The notes under the pieces: model-generated
Told to the model about the DNA's origin: nothing
The model's database searches: none
Seen by the model: only the letters and a program-made list of their open reading frames with translations
Program-made: the position numbers and the translations under genes
Origin: Bacilli bacterium
GTDB taxonomy: Bacteria > Bacillota_I > Bacilli_A > RFN20 > DUOF01
Assembly: GCA_045118975.1 (NCBI GenBank)
Contig: JBGVCT010000016.1
Span: 28,199 to 92,198, forward strand
Direction: 5' to 3'
DNA length: 64,000 bases
Part shown: positions 52,393 to 62,393 of the stretch, one piece after another
Layout of the letters: every line of letters starts with the position of its first letter
How positions within the stretch are numbered: position 1 is the first letter of the stretch

Positions 52393-53133
52393 ATGAGTTG
52401 TGAGATTAGTGTGAAATCATTTAATCCTTTAGAGATTAAGGTAGATGGTTTTACTAGAGATGATGTTATTAATTTAGAAGGGGCAATTATATGTGCCCTA
52501 AATCAAAAATTAGATAGATTAAGTGTTTTAACAAGAGGGTGTAATGTTTATTCTAGTGATGGTAATATTTTAATTAATGATGCCTATAATACTTCTTCTT
52601 GTCTACTTTCTTTATTAGAGACTTTAGGGTTCGATGTAAGAGAGATAGAGTGTGAGTTAAAAGGAAAAAATTATATAGTAAGTGATAAGCTTCTTTCTAG
52701 TTTAAGAAGTTTTGGCAACGATTATAAATTTAACCATAAGATTATAAATTGCGCTCTAACTCCTAGTGTTAAAGAAATTATTTCAAATAATAAGTTTAAT
52801 GTTGATTTGGATCTTAGAGTTTTAGATATGATTTTGAATATCAAGCAAAATGGATGTTATATGGAACTTGCTAAGCAAGAAATTATAACAGATTATAAGG
52901 ATAATAAGTTTGTTAGTGAACTAAGGGGAGATATTATATCTTCTTCATTGAGTATAAATGAAGATTTATCTAACATTTTTAATGGGGTAAAGGAAAATTT
53001 AGTTAAGACTAATGAAATATTAAAAAACGCTACTGCTAGTATAATTGCCTATAGAGCTAAGCAAATGGGATACTCTATAAAAGAAGTTAGAAATGGTAAT
53101 AAGATAGAGTTAGAACTTGTGAGGTGTGAATAA
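52393..53133 (+). CDS. Hypothetical protein with a DUF1257/Ycf35-like C-terminus
   Basis: C-terminal IIAYRAKQMGYSIKEVRNGNKIELELVR; operonic position. Confidence 0.5.
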   Translation: MSCEISVKSFNPLEIKVDGFTRDDVINLEGAIICALNQKLDRLSVLTRGCNVYSSDGNILINDAYNTSSCLLSLLETLGFDVREIECELKGKNYIVSDKLLSSLRSFGNDYKFNHKIINCALTPSVKEIISNNKFNVDLDLRVLDMILNIKQNGCYMELAKQEIITDYKDNKFVSELRGDIISSSLSINEDLSNIFNGVKENLVKTNEILKNATASIIAYRAKQMGYSIKEVRNGNKIELELVRCE

Positions 53134-53336
53134 TGGGAGAAAAGAAAATTCTTATTAGTATAGATGAAAATGGTAATTGTGATGCTGAAACTTTTGGAAT
53201 ATATGGTAGCGAGTGTATAAGTGAGTTAGATAAGCTTTTAAAGGAATTATCACTACAAACTAAAACTAATAAAAAAGATGATTTTTATAAGGAAACAAAG
53301 CTTATTAATAATGGTGTAAGGATTAATAATCAATGA
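53133..53336 (+). CDS. DUF2997-like small protein
   Basis: ISIDENGNCDAETFGIYGSEC...DDFY pattern. Confidence 0.7.
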   Translation: MGEKKILISIDENGNCDAETFGIYGSECISELDKLLKELSLQTKTNKKDDFYKETKLINNGVRINNQ

Positions 53337-53902
53337 TTGGGATATATAAAATAAAGATAGTAAATAATGAGCATTTATATGGTAAGGGAAAGAGATTATT
53401 AATATTTTTAAAAGGGTGCTCTATTCATTGCAAGGGATGTATAAACAAACATCTTTGGTCATTTGAGGATGCAATATTTATGGATGAAAAAGAAATAGTT
53501 GCTCTTGCTATTAAAGAAAATGTAGAGGGTATTACTTTGCATGGGGGAGAACCTCTTGATCAGGCTAAATCTTTATATAATCTTGTTAAAATGGTTAAGG
53601 ATAACAAAATGAGTGTTATTTTATTTACTGGATATAAAAAGTTAGAGTTAGATAAAATACAAAAAAAGATTTGGGATATTTCAGATATTGTTATCTCTGG
53701 AAGATTTGTAATGAGTAAAAGAAATGTTTCTTTACAATTTAGGGGAAGTAGTAATCAAAGAGTGTATGTTCATAAGGGAATATATAAAGGGTATAGAATA
53801 AAAGATGATAAGACGGTTACTTTATTAACTTTAGATGAAAAAGGAAATTTAGATATTAATGGTTTTATAACTGGTGATATTTTGAAGATAATTGGTAATT
53901 AA
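53333..53902 (+). CDS. Radical SAM protein, NrdG/activase-like
   Basis: CSIHCKGC, GGEPLDQ and RGSSNQR motifs. Confidence 0.85.
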   Translation: MIGIYKIKIVNNEHLYGKGKRLLIFLKGCSIHCKGCINKHLWSFEDAIFMDEKEIVALAIKENVEGITLHGGEPLDQAKSLYNLVKMVKDNKMSVILFTGYKKLELDKIQKKIWDISDIVISGRFVMSKRNVSLQFRGSSNQRVYVHKGIYKGYRIKDDKTVTLLTLDEKGNLDINGFITGDILKIIGN

Positions 53903-53996
53903 GGTAAGTGAGGAGACTTGCTTTTTATATTGAATTTATTGAGGCGAAAAATTGAAAATGGTAGAATTGTTGTATGCGTTTTGTTAGGAGAAAAAT

Positions 53997-54851
53997 ATGA
54001 AAGAATTAAAAGAAAATAGAGTGGCTAGTTTTATTGTTATAGCATTTGTATATATAATGGCAATTATTGCTGGTGTAATTACATATAGAGCATTAAATTT
54101 TTCTTGGTGGGTTTCACTTTTGATTGCAGATTTAGTGTCTACAACGTTAACATTTATATTTAGTTTGATCTTTAAAAATGCTTCAGTTTATGATCCTTAT
54201 TGGAGTGTTCAACCATTAGTTATATTAATAGCTTTTGCTTTTAGTGAAAACATTACTTCATATGGATTACTTTTATTAGTTGTAGTATCAATATGGGCTA
54301 TAAGATTAACTGCCAATTGGGCATATACATTTAAAAATCTTACTTGCCAAGATTGGCGATACACAATGCTAAATGAAACAACCGGAAAATTTTATCCTCT
54401 TATTAACTTTATTGGTATACATATGGTTCCTACTGTTATTGTGTATGCTTGTACTTTACCTGGAGTATATGCTCTTAGAGAGGGAATAAGCGCGAATGTA
54501 TTAAGTGTAGTATTTTTATGTCTTTCTCTTGTGGCAATTATTATTCAAGGTACTTCAGATATTCAAATGCATAAGTTTAGAAAACACAAAGATTCTACAT
54601 TTATACATACTGGTCTTTGGAAATATTCACGCCATCCAAATTATCTTGGAGAGATTCTAATGTGGTGGGGAATTGGTTTATCTGTTGTTAGCGCTAGTTA
54701 TGGCAATTATTATCTTCTTATTGGTGCTATAGCAAATACTATTTTATTTTTAACAGTGAGCATTCCAATGGCTGATAAAAGACAATCTCACAAAGAAGGT
54801 TTTGAAGAATACAAAAAGCAAACAAGAATGCTTTTGCCAATAAAAAAATAA
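53997..54851 (+). CDS. DUF1295 / steroid 5-alpha-reductase-like membrane protein
   Basis: YDPYWS, DWRY and GLWKYSRHPNYLGE motifs. Confidence 0.88.
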   Translation: MKELKENRVASFIVIAFVYIMAIIAGVITYRALNFSWWVSLLIADLVSTTLTFIFSLIFKNASVYDPYWSVQPLVILIAFAFSENITSYGLLLLVVVSIWAIRLTANWAYTFKNLTCQDWRYTMLNETTGKFYPLINFIGIHMVPTVIVYACTLPGVYALREGISANVLSVVFLCLSLVAIIIQGTSDIQMHKFRKHKDSTFIHTGLWKYSRHPNYLGEILMWWGIGLSVVSASYGNYYLLIGAIANTILFLTVSIPMADKRQSHKEGFEEYKKQTRMLLPIKK

Positions 54852-54947
54852 AGAAGATTCTAATTTTAATCATTTAAGCAAACTAAATGTTGAAGTGGTT
54901 TCTAGTAAACTAAAAAAACACAAATAAAAGATAATTATAAAAAGGTG

Positions 54948-55886
54948 CTACTTTGCACCTTTTTTATTTAATAAATAACAAATATTAAATCTATTAGTTA
55001 TGTCCTCTTTTGTTACTAACATGAATAATCCACCTTTAGGTATGTATTTATAAGTGAAGTTATTATCATCTAGATATTTGATACTTTTATCTAATAAATT
55101 TTTATATTCTTTTGATTTTTCTTTTAGCAATTCTTTTAAGTTGTTGTTTTTTAAATAATCTAAGACAACAAATTGAATAAATCCATTAGTACATAAATCT
55201 ATTTTCTTAATTAGATATAATTTATCTATTGTTTTTTTATTTGAAATGATATATCCAACGCTGAAACAAGGAGATATATATTTAGAGAAACTAGATATGT
55301 ATATTACATGGTTATTATCTAATTCATATAACTTTTTATATTGATTGTTTTCATATGATATAAGACTGTATGGATCATCTTCGATTACTATAATATTTTT
55401 ATCTTTTATGGCATCAATAAATTTCTCTCTTATATCATTATCCCAACTAATACCTGAAGGATTATTAAATGTGGGTATTACATATATCATTTTTGGATTA
55501 TATTTTTCTATCTTTAATTTTAAATCTTCAATATCTATCCCAATAGTATTTACTTTAACTCTAATAATATTTAATTTTTTTAAATGAAATATTTCTTCTG
55601 CTCCAAAATAAGTATTTTCCTCTATTAAAATAGTATCATTTTCCCTAAGCAAACCAGTAATAATTTGAAGCGATTGACTACTTGAATTTGTGATTAAAAC
55701 ATCATGATATGAAACACTATCAATATCTGTAAATTTTACTATTTCTTTACGTAACTCTTTAATCCCTTTACTTGATACATAATTGTAATCAAAGTTGCCA
55801 TTTATAACATTATTAATACTAGTATTTATAAGCTCTTTGTCGATAATATTATGTAATCCACTAGAGTAATCTATCTCTTCTTGCAT
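54948..55886 (-). CDS. PLP-dependent aminotransferase (class I/II), shortened
   Basis: PTFNNPSG, IEDDPY, SSFSK (PLP lysine) and PKGGLF motifs. Confidence 0.8.
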   Translation of the reverse strand: MQEEIDYSSGLHNIIDKELINTSINNVINGNFDYNYVSSKGIKELRKEIVKFTDIDSVSYHDVLITNSSSQSLQIITGLLRENDTILIEENTYFGAEEIFHLKKLNIIRVKVNTIGIDIEDLKLKIEKYNPKMIYVIPTFNNPSGISWDNDIREKFIDAIKDKNIIVIEDDPYSLISYENNQYKKLYELDNNHVIYISSFSKYISPCFSVGYIISNKKTIDKLYLIKKIDLCTNGFIQFVVLDYLKNNNLKELLKEKSKEYKNLLDKSIKYLDDNNFTYKYIPKGGLFMLVTKEDITNRFNICYLLNKKGAK

Positions 55887-56506
55887 ACATATACCCCACT
55901 TTTTCCATCTTCATATACTTCTATATCAAAATAAGGTAATAATATAGAAAAGAATCTCTCTCTAGATATATATTTGAATTTAGTGAAATGAGGTAAATGA
56001 TTTTCTTTTATTTGAAGGTGATATACTTCATTATCTACTAGATAGGATATTTCTACATATGACTCATTATCTAAAGTATATTCTTTAATTAATGGTGTTT
56101 TAGGAGGCTTGTTTGTAAACGTATTAAAAATGAATACACCATTTTTATTAAACATTTTTGAAAATAAAGACATATCGATATCATCTAGATAATAATTAAC
56201 AGCCTGCATACAAAATACTTTATCAAATTTCTCATTATTGCTCTTTATAAATTCATTTATATCTGAGTTATATACTTTAATCCCTAGTTTATCTAAATCA
56301 TCTGGAATCATATCTTTTTCTTTATCTAAATAACTTACATAATTACTATACTTACTTAGCTCTTTGGTGAGTCTTCCATTGCCTCCACATAAGTCTAATA
56401 TTTTATCATCTCTATTAATGTTTGCTTTATTTATTATGTGATCGCATCCTTTTAAAAAATATCTTTTATAGACACTTTCATATTCTTTGTAATGAGGGTA
56501 TTTCAT
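55871..56506 (-). CDS. Class I SAM-dependent methyltransferase
   Basis: ILDLCGGNG and QAVNYY motifs. Confidence 0.8.
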   Translation of the reverse strand: MKYPHYKEYESVYKRYFLKGCDHIINKANINRDDKILDLCGGNGRLTKELSKYSNYVSYLDKEKDMIPDDLDKLGIKVYNSDINEFIKSNNEKFDKVFCMQAVNYYLDDIDMSLFSKMFNKNGVFIFNTFTNKPPKTPLIKEYTLDNESYVEISYLVDNEVYHLQIKENHLPHFTKFKYISRERFFSILLPYFDIEVYEDGKSGVYVCKKR

Positions 56507-57171
56507 TTTATTAAATCTCCTTTCTTATTAAAAAGATAAAACACACCATGATTTTTAATGTTAAAAGATTTTGTGTTATCTCTTTTGCTATCTTTAATAG
56601 TGCCAGGGAAGGAATAATCAAAATATTGTAAAGTGTCATCGTATTCATGGTTTATATGAACAATTATTTCTACATTTTCATTTTCAAATAATGTTGCAAG
56701 TAATGGGGCATTAAGTGAAGCTTTTTTATTTTTTACACTTACGATGTTGTTTATGTGATCTACATAATTAACATAAGCGTAGTCGTTTAAGTTTTCTTTG
56801 CCTCTAGTGGTAGTTATAAAACCTTTATTTGATTTAATAGCTACAGTTCCAAATAGGTATCTTTCTCCATATATCTTGTTTGATAGTTTATCTTTAAATA
56901 AATCTATATAACTATAATATCTTTCTAGGTCTTTAAAGTTTATTTCACAAATGTTTTCTTTGATAGTGTGATAGTATTTATCATCTCTAGCATTAGTAAT
57001 GAATTCATCTATATCATTTATTTCTAATAAACTTTTTTCTTTTGTTAAACAATAATATTTGTTACTGTTCTTTAGTATTATGAATTGATATTTTTTCTCT
57101 AGTAATTCTTTATAGAAATGGTCTATACTTTCATTTAAATCTCTAATTTCTTGGACTAAATATTTAATCAT
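56503..57171 (-). CDS. Class II aldolase/adducin-like protein
   Basis: FGTVA...FITTTRGK, KASLNAP, IVHINH and IKNHG motifs. Confidence 0.55.
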   Translation of the reverse strand: MIKYLVQEIRDLNESIDHFYKELLEKKYQFIILKNSNKYYCLTKEKSLLEINDIDEFITNARDDKYYHTIKENICEINFKDLERYYSYIDLFKDKLSNKIYGERYLFGTVAIKSNKGFITTTRGKENLNDYAYVNYVDHINNIVSVKNKKASLNAPLLATLFENENVEIIVHINHEYDDTLQYFDYSFPGTIKDSKRDNTKSFNIKNHGVFYLFNKKGDLIK

Positions 57172-57883
57172 TGTTTAACATCTCCCTTACTAGAGAAAAT
57201 GCTATATTTTCTTTTGAATATATCTTTTTAAAATCATTTTTATTTTTAATGATATAACCAACATGATTACCGTTTCTAATCGAAGATAAGTCATTGGCTA
57301 ATACTAAATTACAATTATTTTTAACTTTTAAATCATGGGCTACATTTATTAAGGTTTCTTCATTTACATCATCTAGTAATTTGAATCCTACTAGGTATGT
57401 TAAAGGAGATATGTCTTTAATCATTTTTATAACCTTAGGGGTTCTTTTTAATTTGATTATTAAGTTATCTTCATAAGAAGATATTTTATTATCTCTATTA
57501 ATGATTAAAGAATCATAATTGTCATTTAAAAGAAAGTCTTTATATTTATCTTCATTTGTTACATAGTCAACTGTATAATCACTTACTGCCATTGAGTGAA
57601 TAAAGTAGTCAATTTTATTATTTGTTAATAGTTCTTTAGTTACATTTACTAAATCATTAGTGTCCATTATTTCTATTATCTCTACATTATCTTTTTTTGT
57701 TGGTTTTATGGATTTTTTATTACAAACATAATAAATTTTATATTCATCAGTTAGTGCATCACTAAATGCATCGCTAATCATGCTTCCAAGTTTTCCTGAA
57801 GAGGAATTAGTTATCTTTCTAACATTATCTATTCTTTCACTAGTACCTCCAGATGTTATCACTATCTTAATCATTTTTATCAC
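57164..57883 (-). CDS. coaB: Phosphopantothenate--cysteine ligase
   Basis: TSGGTSERIDNVRKITNSSSGKLG, HSMAVSDY, VGFKL and LAND motifs. Confidence 0.88.
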   Translation of the reverse strand: MIKMIKIVITSGGTSERIDNVRKITNSSSGKLGSMISDAFSDALTDEYKIYYVCNKKSIKPTKKDNVEIIEIMDTNDLVNVTKELLTNNKIDYFIHSMAVSDYTVDYVTNEDKYKDFLLNDNYDSLIINRDNKISSYEDNLIIKLKRTPKVIKMIKDISPLTYLVGFKLLDDVNEETLINVAHDLKVKNNCNLVLANDLSSIRNGNHVGYIIKNKNDFKKIYSKENIAFSLVREMLNND

Positions 57884-58442
57884 CTCTTAATATATTTTCT
57901 AAATAGTTAATAATCGTTTCCTTTTTAGCTAATTTTCCTTTTCCTACATAACCACACGCTAAACTTCCTGTTTCTGGTTCAATGAATTTATATCCAAATT
58001 TTTTGAGTCTTGATATATTATCTTGAACTATAGGGTTTGAATACATATTATCGTTCATAGCGGGTGCTATAACTATTTGTGCTTTTGTTGCAAGTAGGGT
58101 GGTAGAAACTAAATCATCACCTAAACCGTATGAGAGTTTAGCAATCATATTTGCACTACATGGGGCAACTAAAACTAGATCTGAAGTTTGTGCAAGTTCT
58201 ATATGTATCACTTCTTTTTTATATTCATGATTAAACATATCACTATAGACTTTATTTTTTGATAATGTTTCTAGTGTTAATGGGGTAATAAATTTAGTGG
58301 CATTATTAGTCATAATAACATTAACATTAGCACCTTTATGCTTTAACACACTTATGATGTCACACACTTTATAGGCTGATATTCCTCCAGTAACGCAAAT
58401 TAAAATATTTTTATTTTTAAACATATAATCATCTCCTGACAC
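57867..58442 (-). CDS. coaC: Phosphopantothenoylcysteine decarboxylase (HFCD flavoprotein)
   Basis: VTGGISAYK, HIELA, APAMN and LACG..GKGKL motifs. Confidence 0.9.
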   Translation of the reverse strand: MSGDDYMFKNKNILICVTGGISAYKVCDIISVLKHKGANVNVIMTNNATKFITPLTLETLSKNKVYSDMFNHEYKKEVIHIELAQTSDLVLVAPCSANMIAKLSYGLGDDLVSTTLLATKAQIVIAPAMNDNMYSNPIVQDNISRLKKFGYKFIEPETGSLACGYVGKGKLAKKETIINYLENILRGDKND

Positions 58443-58504
58443 TTTGATTTTATGATTATGCCGTTGATAAGTAAAATATATATATGTTATGATGATTATA
58501 AGAG

Positions 58505-59404
58505 GTGCTTATAATGGATATCGATTTAGATTTATATAAAATATTTTATACAGTAGCTAAACACAAACATATGACTAAAGCAAGTGAGGAGTTATATATT
58601 TCTCAACCAGCCATATCTCAAAGTATAAAAAAACTAGAGGAACAATTAGGAGGAACTTTATTCATCCGTAGTAATAAGGGAATGGAATTAACTGCAGAGG
58701 GTAAGATGTTTTATGAGCATATAAAAGGAGCAATGGAACTTATATCTAATGCTGAAAATGAATTTTCTTCATTTAAAGGATTAGAAAAAGGGGAAATAAA
58801 AATAGGATGTTCATCTACACTAACTAAACTTGTTCTTTTAGATTCAATTAAAGAGTTTCATAAGAAGTACCCTGGAGTAAATATAACTATCGTTAATGAT
58901 TTAACTAGTGATTTAATTAATAGTCTAAAACTTGGTAAACTTGATATTGTTATTTTTAATGAAAGTAATATAAAAGAGAGTAATTTATCATTAGTTAAGC
59001 TGAAGGAGTTAAAACAAGGTTTTATATATAACAAAGAGTATTTCAAGGATGATATAAAGTCGTTATCTGATTTGAATAATTATCCTTTGATACTTCAAAA
59101 AGAGGAATCTAATTCTAGAAAGTTATTAGATTATGTGGCTGGTAAAAATGACGTTAAACTAATTCCATCAATGGAAGTTGTGAGCCAAGACTTAATTGTG
59201 GAGTTTACTAATATAGGTTTAGGGATTGGTTTTTCTATTATTGACTTAGCAAAGAAGAATCATCCACACTTAGAAGAATTAAAAATAAATAATCAAATTC
59301 CTAATTTAAATGTTTACCTAGCAAGCAATAAGAATATATCACTTACCTTTGCTAGTAAAATGTTTATAAACTATTTAAATAAAACAATTGATGTGGTTAA
59401 ATGA
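58505..59404 (+). CDS. LysR family regulator
   Basis: TKASEELYISQPAISQSIKKLEEQLG HTH; divergent from coaC. Confidence 0.93.
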   Translation: MLIMDIDLDLYKIFYTVAKHKHMTKASEELYISQPAISQSIKKLEEQLGGTLFIRSNKGMELTAEGKMFYEHIKGAMELISNAENEFSSFKGLEKGEIKIGCSSTLTKLVLLDSIKEFHKKYPGVNITIVNDLTSDLINSLKLGKLDIVIFNESNIKESNLSLVKLKELKQGFIYNKEYFKDDIKSLSDLNNYPLILQKEESNSRKLLDYVAGKNDVKLIPSMEVVSQDLIVEFTNIGLGIGFSIIDLAKKNHPHLEELKINNQIPNLNVYLASNKNISLTFASKMFINYLNKTIDVVK

Positions 59405-59419
59405 ATTTAGGTGATTTAA

Positions 59420-59875
59420 ATGAAATATTGTAGTAAATGTGGACATGAATTATTGGATGAAGCAATAGTATGTGTTCATTGTGGGTGTATGATAAGAAAT
59501 AATATAGGTAAAGAAAAGCAAACTATTGATGATCCTAGAAAAAGTTTAGCTATATTAAGCTTTATATATTGGATTATGCTAGTTATCATATTTATTTTAT
59601 TAGGTGCTTCTCTTGCTAATGGAACGGGTAAATTTTTTTGTAGCGATTATGCCCCATATGGTAATGTGTATTGTACTGGCGATGTGCCTTTTATTGCAAA
59701 TGAAGATACTTCGATTGCAGCAATGGTGTTTGCTTCTTTTTCTTTCGTGATGGCTATCGCAAATGTTGTTTGTGCTTGTGCGGGGCGTTATGCATTTAAA
59801 GAAAAACTATTTAGTGTGCTTAAAATTATAATTTCAATTGGTGTTATAATTTTGGTTGGAATCATGATTGGATAA
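59420..59875 (+). CDS. Zinc-ribbon membrane protein
   Basis: MKYCSKCG...CVHCGC plus three TM segments. Confidence 0.75.
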   Translation: MKYCSKCGHELLDEAIVCVHCGCMIRNNIGKEKQTIDDPRKSLAILSFIYWIMLVIIFILLGASLANGTGKFFCSDYAPYGNVYCTGDVPFIANEDTSIAAMVFASFSFVMAIANVVCACAGRYAFKEKLFSVLKIIISIGVIILVGIMIG

Positions 59876-59958
59876 AATAAGTCCCAATATATTGGGGCTT
59901 TTTTATAATAATACTAGAAGGTCAATAAAGATTAATATATAATGTTTTTTAGCGAGGG

Positions 59959-60492
59959 ATGTTTATGGCGACTGTATTTGGAGTAAGAGATATAAAAATG
60001 AAAGATGCAGCTTTTTGTATCGATATGTATAATTCTATTATTAATGATCAAAAGGATTTAGCTATTTTAGCTACATTAGCTTATGAGAAGTTACAAAAGG
60101 ATAATCCTGGTAAGTTTAATGGTAAAGATTTTTTACTTAAAGACTATGTAGAGAATATTAGAAAATTAGATGCTGAATTTAAAAAGTTTGTGGAGTTTGT
60201 AGAAAAGTATGAAAGCAAAAGATTTAGGATTAGAAGTAGTCGTAAAGTGGAAGATATACAAAGAGAAGTAGAAAACAAGATAACTGGGGATGCAATAAGC
60301 GAGGTAGAGGCATTAAAAAAATTGATGACAGAGACATTTACTAAAAATAAGATTAATTTTAGAAAACTAGCTCAAGCTTGCCAAGATCCTAACTATAAGA
60401 ATTTTGAAAGAGCAATTTTAAAGAATACTGAAATATTAACTACTTGGACAAAAAATAATGTAATAGCTAAGGCTAATAATGTAAAAGTTTGA
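59959..60492 (+). CDS. Hypothetical protein
   Basis: 177-aa helical ORF with RBS. Confidence 0.65.
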   Translation: MFMATVFGVRDIKMKDAAFCIDMYNSIINDQKDLAILATLAYEKLQKDNPGKFNGKDFLLKDYVENIRKLDAEFKKFVEFVEKYESKRFRIRSSRKVEDIQREVENKITGDAISEVEALKKLMTETFTKNKINFRKLAQACQDPNYKNFERAILKNTEILTTWTKNNVIAKANNVKV

Positions 60493-60539
60493 TTTATTAT
60501 CAAACTTTTTTGTTTATATAAATAAGAGTGATAGAATGA

Positions 60540-60992
60540 GTGTGTAAGGTGGTGAGTGATGTGAAGAGTATAACTATTGGTGAAAAATTTGATTCTAAAT
60601 ATGATTTTAGAGAAACGTGCTTTGGAATTGTAATTGTAGATAATAAACTTATGGTCGTAAAAAAAGGAGATCAATATTCTCTTGTCGGGGGAGGAATAGA
60701 ACCTGGAGAAAATTATTTAGAGTGCTTGAAAAGAGAATTCAAGGAAGAATCAGGTTACAGTGTTACTAGTGTAAAAGAACTTGTTTGTATTGATTGTTAT
60801 TGGCTTGCTGCAGGTAAGTATCCACTTTTATCTAGGGCTAATATATTCATAGTTAATATAGATGAAAATAATGGTGTTGATCCTAGTGAAGAGGGATGTG
60901 AAGTATCTTTTATTGAGATAAGTGAAGCAATTTCCTTATTACCTCTTCCATATCACAAAAAAGCTATTGAGTATTATTTAGAGGTGATGTAA
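60540..60992 (+). CDS. NUDIX hydrolase
   Basis: GGGIEPGE...CLKREFKEESG Nudix box. Confidence 0.9.
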   Translation: MCKVVSDVKSITIGEKFDSKYDFRETCFGIVIVDNKLMVVKKGDQYSLVGGGIEPGENYLECLKREFKEESGYSVTSVKELVCIDCYWLAAGKYPLLSRANIFIVNIDENNGVDPSEEGCEVSFIEISEAISLLPLPYHKKAIEYYLEVM

Positions 60993-61459
60993 TGAGTATT
61001 TATATTTCATTAAATGGAAAAAAGAAATTAATAGATAGACTAGATATAATAGAGAAAGAAATAACTGAAACTTACCGATTAATGGGTGAGTCTACTAAGG
61101 TGGATAATGATTTAAGAGAGAATCCCGAGTATTTAGAGTTACAAACTAAAATATCATATAAATTGCCACTTGAAAGAAGCAAGGTGAAAGAAATTTTAAA
61201 TAATTCTTTAGTTATTGAAGAACAAGAATTTTATAAATCATTTAGTGGAGAAGTAGTTATTATAGGAAGTAAAGTAACGCTTATATATGATAGTGTTGAA
61301 GAAATTTATTATATTGTGGGTGAGGGAGAAGAAGATCCATTTAATAATATTATTTCCTATAAGTGTGATTTTGCTTCTAACTTAATTGGTAAGAGAATAA
61401 ATGAAGAATTTAAATATAAAAATGCTAATATTAAAATAGTTAAAATAGAGTTATGTTAA
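60992..61459 (+). CDS. GreA/GreB family elongation factor paralogue
   Basis: DLRENPEY, IGSKVTL, IVGEGEEDP...IS motifs. Confidence 0.8.
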   Translation: MSIYISLNGKKKLIDRLDIIEKEITETYRLMGESTKVDNDLRENPEYLELQTKISYKLPLERSKVKEILNNSLVIEEQEFYKSFSGEVVIIGSKVTLIYDSVEEIYYIVGEGEEDPFNNIISYKCDFASNLIGKRINEEFKYKNANIKIVKIELC

Positions 61460-61463
61460 AGGA

Positions 61464-62387
61464 GTGATTAATGTGAATTATAAAGAATTTGCTAGTATAC
61501 CTGGATATGATACTTGGATTAGTATTGAAAAGATTAATAAAGGATTTTCAGGAGAAGATAAATATTTGATTGTAGATACAAGTAATAATAAATATTTATT
61601 AAGGGTTGCTCCGATTGCCTCTTATGAAGAGAGAAAAGCTCAATATGATTTATTAGAAAAAATTGCTAAACTTAATATTAATGCTTCTAAACCTATATGT
61701 TTTGGTAAACTAAATGAAGAGAAAATATATACTGTATTAACTTATCTAGAGGGTGAAGATGCAGGAGTAGTTATTAAGGATATGTCTGATATGGAAGCAT
61801 ATAAGCTAGGAAAAGAAGCTGGAGTTATTCTTGCTAAATTACATACTTTAGATGTTGATGTAACTGGCAAGGAAAAGTGGATTGATAAGTTTAAATCTAA
61901 AATGGCTAGAAAATATAAGGCACTTAATGAATCTGGAGCTAAGATTGAAAATATAGAGCTTGTGATAGATTATGTAGAGAATAATTATCACTTATTAGAA
62001 AATAGACCTCTTACCTTTACTCATGGCGATTATCATGTGAATAATATGATTGCTTATAATGGTAAGATCGGGGTAATCGATTTTGAAAAAAATAAAATAG
62101 CAGATCCATATGATGATTTAAAACCATTTATTTGGAATGTGTTTGTTAGTGAATATTTTCAAACAGGGTTAATTAATGGATATTTTAGTGATAGTGTTCC
62201 TAGCGATTTCTTTCCTATTTTAAAGATGTATGCTGCAGAAAACTTTATTTCGTTTTTGCCATGGGCTTTAAAGATTGGAGGAGAAACACTTACTAATGCT
62301 TATAAGATTAATACCTCTACTATGGAGTGGTATGATAACTTTAAGTTAACTATTCCAACCTGGTATAAAGGCGTTATAAAGGAGTAA
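61464..62387 (+). CDS. Aminoglycoside phosphotransferase (APH)-family kinase
   Basis: INKGFS..KY, HGDYHVNN and IDFE motifs. Confidence 0.85.
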   Translation: MINVNYKEFASIPGYDTWISIEKINKGFSGEDKYLIVDTSNNKYLLRVAPIASYEERKAQYDLLEKIAKLNINASKPICFGKLNEEKIYTVLTYLEGEDAGVVIKDMSDMEAYKLGKEAGVILAKLHTLDVDVTGKEKWIDKFKSKMARKYKALNESGAKIENIELVIDYVENNYHLLENRPLTFTHGDYHVNNMIAYNGKIGVIDFEKNKIADPYDDLKPFIWNVFVSEYFQTGLINGYFSDSVPSDFFPILKMYAAENFISFLPWALKIGGETLTNAYKINTSTMEWYDNFKLTIPTWYKGVIKE

Positions 62388-62393
62388 GTAATT

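Noticed and set aside
53333-53902. Housekeeping nrdG
   Set aside because: No nrdD is nearby and the gene is coupled to the AAA/DUF2997 operon, so no symbol was assigned.
61464-62387. Bona fide aminoglycoside resistance gene
   Set aside because: Only generic APH/choline-kinase family motifs are visible, so the substrate cannot be inferred.
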